The notes under the pieces: model-generated
What the model saw: only the letters and a program-made list of their open reading frames with translations
Databases searched by the model: none
What the model was told of the DNA's origin: nothing
From: a virus
Lineage: Duplodnaviria; Caudoviricetes
IMG/VR virus record: IMGVR_UViG_3300028549_001137
Location: 1 to 64,000 of that record
Length of the DNA: 64,000 nucleotides
Reading direction: 5' to 3' (one strand)
Part shown: positions 45,507 to 54,135 of the stretch, piece after piece
How the letters are laid out: each line of letters starts with the position of its first letter
Position numbering within the stretch: the first letter of the stretch is position 1
Translations under genes and position numbers: made by a program

Positions 45507-47672
45507 ATGTATAAATCACCTTCTTATAATAAAATACCTTTTACTTTTAGTAATGCTGGGTATAGTGCTCCCAATTTTAATGATATATCTTTTAGATTCG
45601 GGATCGGTGCGTTAGCCTCTGATTTAAATGCTAGTATTATAGGAAATGATGTCCAACGGGATTATTTAAAATCTCAAGATGTATATGCAATAGGGTACGC
45701 ACAAGATAATATTCAGATACTTAAGTATAATAATATCTATGGTGGCATACGTGATTTGATTGCCTCTATTGAAGTGTTAGTTGACTACGGTGATTTAGGT
45801 AGTTATATTAAACCAATAGTACCTTCTAAATTAGATTTAAATGCTAATTTAAGAGGTTGGTTACGATGTGGATGCTATGACTTGCCTTTGACAGTAAAAG
45901 GCTATAGTCTACAGGAGTTATTAGATTTATCTGCATATTTAAAGCCTACTATATCTGGGTTAATTGACTTATGTTCTTATATTGATATATTTAAATATCA
46001 ACAAGCAGATTTAATTGGATCTATAAAAGGCAGATCAACTGGAAATGTAGTTGATTTAATTAATTTTATTACAGTAAACACTGTTGGTACTTATGTGGAT
46101 TTACCGTGGTACATAAGATCAACCACCAGACAGCAGTATGATTTGTCCGTAGGGATATTTAAAATCCTACAGCATCAGCAGAAGGATTTAAATTTTGTAG
46201 TTGCTACTATAGAGAGTGCTAATATTAATGGGATCATTCAAGCGTTTCATATTAATGATCTGCCTATTGTAATAAGGCCTACACATATTACTGAGTTAAC
46301 TGCTTTTTTGTGTACTATTCAACCTGTAGATATACGAACAACTATAATGGGGTGGGCCACAAGTAATCTTGGGATTCTAATATCTGATAAAGTAAATTAT
46401 AGTGATCTGGCTACAAGCGTTATCAGTATTGATCCGTTTGATTTGAAAATAAGTTTATATGGTAGAAAAGAAACTAAAGTAATTAAAGATTTAACTGCTA
46501 CTTTGACAAGTTCTTACTGTAGTAATTTATCTGCACAACTAAGAGTAGTAGAATATAAAAATTTAAATGCTTATTTAATGTCTTCTTTACAATTTACCGA
46601 TTTAATTGTAGAAATTTATCCTAAGATGATAAATATTATGCATATTATTAGTGTATCTTTTTTAGAAAATAGGGACCTTGCGGCAACAATAAATTACCCT
46701 TGCTTTTTTTCTAGTTTTGTAGATTTATCAGCAAGTTGTGTAATTAAAAATAGTAAAGATTTAGGAGCTTATATATTCCCATGGACCGGTGATAATATAC
46801 AGGATATAAATTGTAGTATAAATTCTTCAGAGTATTTATCACAATCTACTATACCAGTACAGTATATGAACACCACTAAGCGTAGTTCATCAATAACTTT
46901 AAGGTACAGTAATAAGGCAGTTGTGTATTCAATTAATACGATACCTGTTTCAGGAGTAACTAATAGGCTTTATTCTAATCTTTCTGCAAATATATATGGA
47001 GAACCTTTACATAAGGATTTAAATGTTTATATTAGAGCATATGTTAATCGTAATCATTTAGTAGATAATTCCACTAATAGATTTATCGCCCTGAAATTAG
47101 ATAATAATTTAGTACAGTTCACAAAAAATGTCGAATTAGCCTTTAATAGTTATGCTAGTAGTTACTACTATTTTTCAGGTAACAAAAAAGCTTATAGAGA
47201 GCATAGAAATGACCATTGGACTATTGTAGTAGAAGGTAGTGAGTCGTTACTTGTTGGTAAAGGTTTTGAAAAAACAAAAGTAAGACGTAAATATATTTTT
47301 AATTTAAGAAATTATAATTCAATAGACGCGGCTATAAAGGACATAATAGATAGGGTTACATTATTAAGAAGCACAGATTTAGGTGTACAAATACAATCCT
47401 GTGACGATAAGATGTTAAATTTACCCGTAAGTATTGGGGTTCGTAGGGTTTATAAAACCAATAGAATATTAAATTCAGTTATTAGGGCTTGGCAAACTAA
47501 TACAGAGGAAAATTTACATTTTGATATAACACCTGATAGTTTGTGTGATAGTGGTGATTTAAGTGTAAGTATTATTAGTGATAGTTTTACACCTAATACA
47601 AACTTTAATTTTGTGGGCTCAGGTAATATACAATCTGAAGCAGATGATTTAGATTTTATTTTTGAAATATAG
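45507..47672 (+). CDS. Repeat-rich fibre-like protein ([DN]L-x-x-x-[ILV] repeats)
   Basis: About 30 DLxxxI-type motifs (DLNASI, DLIASI, DLGSYI, DLSAYL ...). Confidence 0.55.
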   Translation: MYKSPSYNKIPFTFSNAGYSAPNFNDISFRFGIGALASDLNASIIGNDVQRDYLKSQDVYAIGYAQDNIQILKYNNIYGGIRDLIASIEVLVDYGDLGSYIKPIVPSKLDLNANLRGWLRCGCYDLPLTVKGYSLQELLDLSAYLKPTISGLIDLCSYIDIFKYQQADLIGSIKGRSTGNVVDLINFITVNTVGTYVDLPWYIRSTTRQQYDLSVGIFKILQHQQKDLNFVVATIESANINGIIQAFHINDLPIVIRPTHITELTAFLCTIQPVDIRTTIMGWATSNLGILISDKVNYSDLATSVISIDPFDLKISLYGRKETKVIKDLTATLTSSYCSNLSAQLRVVEYKNLNAYLMSSLQFTDLIVEIYPKMINIMHIISVSFLENRDLAATINYPCFFSSFVDLSASCVIKNSKDLGAYIFPWTGDNIQDINCSINSSEYLSQSTIPVQYMNTTKRSSSITLRYSNKAVVYSINTIPVSGVTNRLYSNLSANIYGEPLHKDLNVYIRAYVNRNHLVDNSTNRFIALKLDNNLVQFTKNVELAFNSYASSYYYFSGNKKAYREHRNDHWTIVVEGSESLLVGKGFEKTKVRRKYIFNLRNYNSIDAAIKDIIDRVTLLRSTDLGVQIQSCDDKMLNLPVSIGVRRVYKTNRILNSVIRAWQTNTEENLHFDITPDSLCDSGDLSVSIISDSFTPNTNFNFVGSGNIQSEADDLDFIFEI

Positions 47673-47680
47673 GTGACTTG

Positions 47681-49192
47681 ATGGCTATTTTAAATATTGG
47701 ATTTGATAAGACATTTCTTACTATTATGGAGGCGTATAATGCATCTAACACTGGAGATATATTATTAATAGATGAGGGTATATATAAAGAGTCGATAGTT
47801 ACTTCTGATAATAAATGTGTTCATTTAGTAGGAAATACTAAGTCTCCAGGAGAAGACAAAGTTATGATAGTTTCTCCAGTAGATGAATTTACACTATATA
47901 TCAACGGACTGATAGATGAGTGCGTAATGTTTGTAGAAAATATAACTTTTAAGCATATATTTAGTGGTGATGCATACTATAGTAATACACTCGCAAACTT
48001 TAGTAATTCTAACGGGTGTACTATTATATTTAATAGATGCCATCTCGATGCTGGTAATGAGCAGCCTATCTTATTTTTTAGTTTTGAAGATAGGCCTGTT
48101 CCTATTACTTTTAATAATTGTAGACTCACTTTTAAAGAAGATGTGGAATTTATAAATACTTTAGGTCAATATCATTTTGTATGGGCTGGTAGAAATACAG
48201 ACCTTTATTTTAATAAATGTATTGTAAGCGCTCAATTGGGTTGGTTAGCTAGGTGTGCTGTACCAATAGTGTATGATTATGTTATCAATAAGGAAGTATC
48301 TGGTTACGGTCCTGGTTATGGAATAACTAATTTATTGCCTATTAGATACTATTTTAAGGGGAAGATTACCGATGATATTAGTGCTGGTATTAAAGTTCCA
48401 GGAGCCACTCTTAGTTGGACTGATAAGGCCCCTGAAATAAACCTTTCTCCTAATAAACTAATAGCTACTTTAAGTAAAGATTATGACGCATATAGTTATT
48501 TAGTTAGATCTTCTGTTGGTAAGACGTTTGGTAAATGGTACTGGGAGGTTATAATGTTTTCTGGACAACGTTTAACCAGGTGTGGTGTGGCTACAGAGAA
48601 CGCAGGTAAATTTTTAGGCTTAGGTAGTGATGTGCATGGGTGGGGGTACTCGCCATCAGCCTCACGTATGGACTTTATGTATAGTGCTTTCATAACAGGC
48701 AATCACCGTATTATGGATGATTATTACGCCCTGTGCTCCAACAATGGTGATGTTATTGGTATCGCTCTTGATTTAGATAATGGGAGGTTGTGGTATTCTG
48801 TAAACGGGGAATGGCTTTTTGATGGTGATCCTAGTATAGGCCAAAATCCTATTTTTGAAGGTGTATTTGGTAAAATATTTCCAGCAGCTTCTTTATACTC
48901 TATGTATTCTTTAGACGCCAGCATTGAATTTATATTCGATCCATCAGATTTAACTTATAATATACCAGAAGGTTTTAGTTTTTATAGTACTGAAATGCTT
49001 TGGAAAGTTAAATGTATAAATGCAGTAACAAATGAAGTAGAGGGTTATACAATATCAGACCCGGTTAATAAGGAATATTATTTAGAAACAACTTATAGTG
49101 GGGAGCATTTTGTTATATGTGAAGACGCCGCTGAGATGCCAGATTTTAATAATGTGCTTTTAGGTAGATTAACACCAAAGGAGTTAAATTAA
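47681..49192 (+). CDS. Receptor-binding-like protein with beta-helix N-terminus and SPRY/B30.2 domain
   Basis: GKWYWEV...GVAT...LG.D.HGWGY...GDVIGIALDLDNGRLWYSVNG...IFPAASLY is a SPRY signature; the N-terminus (TIMEAY....GD.LLIDEG.Y.E.I) resembles a pectin-lyase-like start. Confidence 0.75.
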   Translation: MAILNIGFDKTFLTIMEAYNASNTGDILLIDEGIYKESIVTSDNKCVHLVGNTKSPGEDKVMIVSPVDEFTLYINGLIDECVMFVENITFKHIFSGDAYYSNTLANFSNSNGCTIIFNRCHLDAGNEQPILFFSFEDRPVPITFNNCRLTFKEDVEFINTLGQYHFVWAGRNTDLYFNKCIVSAQLGWLARCAVPIVYDYVINKEVSGYGPGYGITNLLPIRYYFKGKITDDISAGIKVPGATLSWTDKAPEINLSPNKLIATLSKDYDAYSYLVRSSVGKTFGKWYWEVIMFSGQRLTRCGVATENAGKFLGLGSDVHGWGYSPSASRMDFMYSAFITGNHRIMDDYYALCSNNGDVIGIALDLDNGRLWYSVNGEWLFDGDPSIGQNPIFEGVFGKIFPAASLYSMYSLDASIEFIFDPSDLTYNIPEGFSFYSTEMLWKVKCINAVTNEVEGYTISDPVNKEYYLETTYSGEHFVICEDAAEMPDFNNVLLGRLTPKELN

Positions 49193-50677
49193 ATGGCGGT
49201 ACTTATGGTAGGCCAAGATAAATTATTTACTCGTATTATAGACGCATATAATGTTGCTTGTAATGGAGATACGTTATTTATAGATGAGGGTGAGTATACT
49301 GAATCAATTCATTTTGATGAGAAGGTTGTGAATCTAATAGGTAACACTTCGTTTCCATCTGAAGGTAAAGTTATAATTAATAGCAGTAGTAGCAGTACTG
49401 TCGATACTAAATATAACGATGATGCTCCTTTGCTGATTAATTATGCAGACACTAATATACCTATCTCTATATTAATAGAGGGTATTAAATTTGAAAGTAA
49501 TATTAATGGATATCAACACTCTATTATAGATTTATACTTATTTGTTTCTACTCAGGTTGGTAAGTTGTCTTTAATATTTAATAAATGTATTATAGATGGT
49601 ACTAATGGTGTAGAATCTTCATTAGTAGCAAAAAGCACCCCCTATACAGGACAAGTTACTAGTAGTATAGTTTTCAATAATTGTAAAATTATTTGGCAGG
49701 AAGGAAATACGTTTATTGGGGATGGAACTTACACTAACATAAATAATTTTACAGTAGAGAAGACAATATTAAGTGGTTTTCCTACTAATACATTTTATAG
49801 TTCCTTAGACTATGTAGATATTACCCGCAGCCTATATACTGATTATTATGGCGACACCTATGAGTATGATATGCCTGTGGTTGGTTATGGTCCATATTAT
49901 GGTAAAACTTTAAGTTACGATTATGTAGTACCAACACATTGTTTTTCTGGGATTGTTTCTTTGAATGGAGTACCAGTACAGCGAGAATTAAGATTTTTTA
50001 GATCTGACAATAATGTTTATGTAGGGTCTACTACTTCCGCTGCTACTGGTGCATATTATAAGGAGGTTTTTTCAGCAGCTAAGTATGATATTATATGTTT
50101 AGATGACTCTTCGCCGCCATACTATAATGATTTAATTATGTCAAAGTGTGTTCCTATTGCTATTCCTTACCAGCGCTACACGAGCTATTTTTTTGAATTA
50201 ATAAATGCCTCAGCTGAGTTTGGTGATACTACTGGATGGACAGAAGAAAGTGGTAGTTTTACTATAGCACAAGGTGTAAATTACAATCCGTATCATCCAA
50301 CATATAGTTTTCGCGGTTCTTCGTTAACTGGGACAGATATATTATCTCAGAGAATAGACTTAGTTGGTAGTGGCATTAGTACTTTTTTAATAGATACTGG
50401 TGAATTGTTTATATATGTAGAACACATGAATAGTAGTGTATTGGATTATGGATGGCAGGGGATTCGTTGTTTAGATGCTACTCAAACTATGATAGGTACT
50501 GTTCACTACAGTGAACGGTATGACAATTCAGAGGCTTGGACAAAAGAGGTTTTTATCTGTGCTGTAGCATCAGGAACAAGATATATAGATGTTATATTGA
50601 AATCCTCAAATAATAGTGTTTCTGGTATGGATGTTAGATTCAGTAATATTGTGTCTTACATTAGAAAACCTCTATAA
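49193..50677 (+). CDS. Paralogue of the 47681 ORF with a C-terminal CBM/FBA-like jelly-roll instead of SPRY
   Basis: MAVLMVGQDKLFTRIIDAYN..CNGDTLFIDEGEYTESI parallels MAILNIGFDKTFLTIMEAYN..NTGDILLIDEGIYKESI; LINASAEFGDTTGW...SQRIDL from 50198. Confidence 0.65.
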   Translation: MAVLMVGQDKLFTRIIDAYNVACNGDTLFIDEGEYTESIHFDEKVVNLIGNTSFPSEGKVIINSSSSSTVDTKYNDDAPLLINYADTNIPISILIEGIKFESNINGYQHSIIDLYLFVSTQVGKLSLIFNKCIIDGTNGVESSLVAKSTPYTGQVTSSIVFNNCKIIWQEGNTFIGDGTYTNINNFTVEKTILSGFPTNTFYSSLDYVDITRSLYTDYYGDTYEYDMPVVGYGPYYGKTLSYDYVVPTHCFSGIVSLNGVPVQRELRFFRSDNNVYVGSTTSAATGAYYKEVFSAAKYDIICLDDSSPPYYNDLIMSKCVPIAIPYQRYTSYFFELINASAEFGDTTGWTEESGSFTIAQGVNYNPYHPTYSFRGSSLTGTDILSQRIDLVGSGISTFLIDTGELFIYVEHMNSSVLDYGWQGIRCLDATQTMIGTVHYSERYDNSEAWTKEVFICAVASGTRYIDVILKSSNNSVSGMDVRFSNIVSYIRKPL

Positions 50678-50725
50678 TTTATATTTACAAATAATTATGA
50701 AATTATTTGTTATGAAAAATATTTC

Positions 50726-50753
50726 TTGACAACAACAAAGTATGTATTACATT
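50726..50753 (+). promoter_or_regulatory. Sigma70-like promoter upstream of the replication module
   Basis: TTGACA (50726-31), 16-nt spacer, TACATT (50748-53), in an AT-rich intergenic gap. Confidence 0.55.
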
Positions 50754-50769
50754 GTGTATAAGTAAAGGA

Positions 50770-50792
50770 AAAAACAAACCTGGTTTGTTTTT
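50770..50792. repeat. Perfect 11-bp inverted repeat AAAAACAAACC-T-GGTTTGTTTTT
   Basis: Read directly; lies just downstream of the predicted transcription start. Confidence 0.85.
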
Positions 50793-50840
50793 AATTCTGT
50801 AGTGTAAGTCATATTAATATTTAACTTAAGGAAAAGATTT

Positions 50841-51980
50841 ATGGAATTTTTTGTTAAGACGGCTGATATTCAGCGGGCAATTAAACTTCTTAGTGTAACT
50901 GCAAAGATGAATGTTGTTACTTATGAAGGAAGATTATTAATCACCGCGTCTGAGGATGGTGTACATCTTTTATCAAACAATGGTGTGTCAGGAATCACTA
51001 ATTTTATTCCAGCAAAAGTGGTTGCTCCTGGCGAACTTTCAGTAGTTTACAGTAAAATAAAATCATTTATCATGACTTTCCAGCCGTGGGACGGAGAGTC
51101 AGGCGTGAGTGAGTTTCATTTTATTGAGAAAGCTGATAAACTAAGTATTAAATCCGTATTTAAACACTCCAACGGTAGTGAGTCTAAGAATAGTTTAAGA
51201 GTAGACACACTAAAAAACTCAAACATCCCTAAAATTTCACTTATAAAAGAGCCAACTATGATCTTAAACTCTAGTGTAGTTAAGACAGCCATAGATAGAG
51301 TAGTTTATGCTCTGGACCCCAAAGGGTCGGTAGTATTTATGACGGGTATCTGTATGTCGTTTACTGAAGACTTTATAAAGTTTGCGGCAACTGGTGGAAA
51401 AATGCTGTGCGAATATAAGGTGGAAAATGATTGTGGTCTTAAAGAGGGTGCTTATCTTTTGACACATGAGTTTATTATGGGGCTAAGGCGTGTCATAGTG
51501 GATGATACTCAACTTTTCTGGGAGGTGGGACCAAGAGTGGCTAAGGTGGATTTTGATAATATTTTATATCAGGGACAAGTGTTAAAAATATTACACAAAG
51601 ATGACTACCCAAACTATGAATGTAGATTCAGTATGTTTGAGCACTCGATAGACATTGACCGTGATATCATTTTAAGCGGGCTGTCCTCGTTTGTGGACAT
51701 CTTGAGTGGTGACGATTTTAATAGGGTGTCGTTGTCTATTAAAGATAAGGTGTTGTTATTAAAAACTGAATCCTCTGTGTTCGAATACGCTAGCGAGTCA
51801 TTCGATGATAAGATAGATGTTACTATAGATTTGGATGGAAAGGCGGTGTTAAACACCCTATATGCCATGAGTGATAAAGAGGTTAGGATTAAGTTTATAG
51901 ACTCGGCCAATGGTGTAGTATTTGAGTCTTTAGGTTTTGATAAACAACAGGCGTATATTGTAAATCTAATTAGGAGATAG
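50841..51980 (+). CDS. dnaN: DNA polymerase III beta sliding clamp homologue
   Basis: 379 aa with three-domain clamp pattern: LL+TA.....L.S.NG..., TAIDRVVYA...FMTGI......IKFAATGG, DDYPNYE..F, IDLDGKAVLNTLYAM...VRIKF. Confidence 0.8.
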   Translation: MEFFVKTADIQRAIKLLSVTAKMNVVTYEGRLLITASEDGVHLLSNNGVSGITNFIPAKVVAPGELSVVYSKIKSFIMTFQPWDGESGVSEFHFIEKADKLSIKSVFKHSNGSESKNSLRVDTLKNSNIPKISLIKEPTMILNSSVVKTAIDRVVYALDPKGSVVFMTGICMSFTEDFIKFAATGGKMLCEYKVENDCGLKEGAYLLTHEFIMGLRRVIVDDTQLFWEVGPRVAKVDFDNILYQGQVLKILHKDDYPNYECRFSMFEHSIDIDRDIILSGLSSFVDILSGDDFNRVSLSIKDKVLLLKTESSVFEYASESFDDKIDVTIDLDGKAVLNTLYAMSDKEVRIKFIDSANGVVFESLGFDKQQAYIVNLIRR

Positions 51981-51983
51981 GCC

Positions 51984-52568
51984 ATGAAATCTAAAAGCCC
52001 TGATGACTGGCTAAAATCAGTCAGAAATTCTGTTGATGAGGTTTTTTCTAATAACTCTCTTATACCTAAAGAGTATAAAACTGATATGTTATTAAACGCA
52101 TGTCAAGGTTTATTAGAGTCTCATGGCTATATTATACGCGGTAAATTACCTTTGTCGGGGGCCATAAATAACAATAAAGACCTTGTTAAAAATTACTATA
52201 ATAGACTTCAGTTTTGTTTTCCAGATGCGTTGCCGCTTGTAGATGATCTAAAAGACATGACGATAGCCACGCAGTTCGTAGGTAGATTGATGAGAGACTA
52301 TGGTTTTAATCATACAGCATCTAGACTTATGTGTAATAAATTACAGATGATTGTGTTAAAACAAAACGATAAATTTAATTTCACGGAGAATGTATTTTAT
52401 AGTTACTCTGTTTTTGGTCAAGGGAGCATGAGGTGGGTTACTGATAAAGCCATTTCAATTTTAAATAGTGTACAGTATAACGATGATAAATTAATTCATC
52501 AGGCAGATGTAATGGCACAGCAGTATTTAGATAAGTACAAACCGGATCTTGGGTTTGAAAATTTATAA
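51984..52568 (+). CDS. Hypothetical protein
   Basis: 194 aa with its own SD (AGGAG); no recognised motif. Confidence 0.65.
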   Translation: MKSKSPDDWLKSVRNSVDEVFSNNSLIPKEYKTDMLLNACQGLLESHGYIIRGKLPLSGAINNNKDLVKNYYNRLQFCFPDALPLVDDLKDMTIATQFVGRLMRDYGFNHTASRLMCNKLQMIVLKQNDKFNFTENVFYSYSVFGQGSMRWVTDKAISILNSVQYNDDKLIHQADVMAQQYLDKYKPDLGFENL

Positions 52569-52601
52569 CAGGTAGTTAAGGACCTTTAAAGGAGGATTAG
52601 T

Positions 52602-53822
52602 ATGGTGGATAATAAAGAGTGCAACAAGGTAGAGGAAGGTGTAGTAACCGATACAGGTGAAAAAGAGACCAAAGATAAAGTAAGCGCTAAAGTTGCTAAA
52701 AAAGAAGAGGCGCTTAAGAAAGCCGCAGAGGCGGAGAGACTTGCTGAGGAAGAAAAAAATAAAGCAGATGAGCGCGCGGTGGACATAGTGTTGTCTATAA
52801 TTAAAAAGAAGTATGGTGATGTAATAAACCCACTTTCAGCAGGAGTTGGGGAGATACGAACAGTAAGTACCGGGTCATTGGGTCTTGACTTGGCACTTGG
52901 TAGAGGTGGTATGGCATTAGGGCGCATTTATGAAGTGTTTGGGCCACCTAGTTCTGGTAAGAGTACCTTAGGTATAAATGTTATCGTACAGGCCCAAAGA
53001 CGTAACATGAGGTGCGCTTATCTTGATGCTGAGATGGCTGTAGATCCTGAATTATTTAAAAACTATGGTGTTGATGCTGAAAAGTTGGAACTTGTTCAGG
53101 TATATGGAGGAGAGCCTAATCTTGATATTTTAGAGCGTCTGATAAAGACAGGTATCTATGATGTGATAGTTGTGGATTCTGTAAGTGCTTTAATTCCCAT
53201 GGTGGAGGCTGAGGCGGATATCAGTAAAGACCACATGGCTTTGCAGGCTAGGCTTATGAGCAAGGCTTTAAGAAAGATTACTCCGCAGGCGTCTGAAACT
53301 AATACACTTCTTATATTTGTTAATCAAATACGTAAGACGCTGGCTATGTGGGGACCAAGCGATACCACGTCTGGAGGAGAGAGTTTAGCATTCTATGCCA
53401 CTGGAAGAATCAGTATGAAAGGTCCTGAGGCTAAGAGCCGTAGAGTAGTAGACCCTGTGAGTGGTGACACTTTAGGTCATATGGCAGAACATGAGATAGT
53501 TAAAAACAAATTAGCGGAACCATTTAGAAAAGCAACCCTTAAGCTTATTTATGGTAAAGGGTATGATTTTTATTGGGAAGTTCTTCAGATGGCAACGAGT
53601 TTAAATGTTATTGAGAAAGCAGGTTCTTGGTTTAAGTTTAATGGTGAGAATATAGGTCAAGGTGAGTTAAGTGTTTTAGAATTATTTAAAAGTAATAGTA
53701 AAATATTCAATGAGGTCCGTGATGAGATAATGACACTTACTGGACAGAAGGAGGCGTATGTCGCACATGGCAACCCAGGTCCACTCCACCCTCATATCGA
53801 TATTTCCGGCTTGCCCTTTTAA
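52602..53822 (+). CDS. recA: RecA recombinase with charged N-terminal extension
   Basis: STGSLGLDLALG, Walker A GPPSSGKST, DAE, VIVVDSV, QARLMSKALRK, IFVNQIR, VKNK, GSWF..NGENIGQG. Confidence 0.97.
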   Translation: MVDNKECNKVEEGVVTDTGEKETKDKVSAKVAKKEEALKKAAEAERLAEEEKNKADERAVDIVLSIIKKKYGDVINPLSAGVGEIRTVSTGSLGLDLALGRGGMALGRIYEVFGPPSSGKSTLGINVIVQAQRRNMRCAYLDAEMAVDPELFKNYGVDAEKLELVQVYGGEPNLDILERLIKTGIYDVIVVDSVSALIPMVEAEADISKDHMALQARLMSKALRKITPQASETNTLLIFVNQIRKTLAMWGPSDTTSGGESLAFYATGRISMKGPEAKSRRVVDPVSGDTLGHMAEHEIVKNKLAEPFRKATLKLIYGKGYDFYWEVLQMATSLNVIEKAGSWFKFNGENIGQGELSVLELFKSNSKIFNEVRDEIMTLTGQKEAYVAHGNPGPLHPHIDISGLPF

Positions 53823-54135
53823 AAGAGTTTTTGAAGAACACCATCTTAGTTTTGGTGGGCACAATTTGTTTTTTGATTTTCATGTTCCAGAAATTAATTC
53901 GTTTTTTGAGTGCCAGGGCCAACAACATTTTAAATTTGTTAGCCATTTTCATGGGGACAAAAAAACATTTCTTAGTCAGAAACTGAGAGATAATCTTAAA
54001 CTAGAATATGTACAACGTAATAATTTATATTTAATTTATATTAATTATAATGAAGAGGTTACGGAAAATTTAATTTACGACAGAATGAAAGAGGCTATGT
54101 CAAGTAAACTAAATTGTTCCGGGTTGATAAAGTGA
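53758..54135 (+). CDS. Vsr/DUF559-like PD-(D/E)XK endonuclease
   Basis: FFDF...FECQGQQHF...FHG...QKLRDNLK..Y......LI.I.Y pattern; overlaps the recA 3' end by 65 nt. Confidence 0.7.
   Translation: MSHMATQVHSTLISIFPACPFKRVFEEHHLSFGGHNLFFDFHVPEINSFFECQGQQHFKFVSHFHGDKKTFLSQKLRDNLKLEYVQRNNLYLIYINYNEEVTENLIYDRMKEAMSSKLNCSGLIK

Noticed and set aside
47681-50677. Diversity-generating retroelement targeting the fibre genes
   Set aside because: No reverse transcriptase and no near-identical TR/VR pair differing at adenines seen; it cannot be excluded outside the window.
45141-52568. TAG read-through or recoding (in-frame TAG-ttc-ATG at 45501 and TAG-gcc-ATG at 51978)
   Set aside because: Very long ORFs are intact under the standard code, TAG ends many genes out of frame with their neighbours, 51984 has its own SD, and 45507 begins with its own N-terminal motif.
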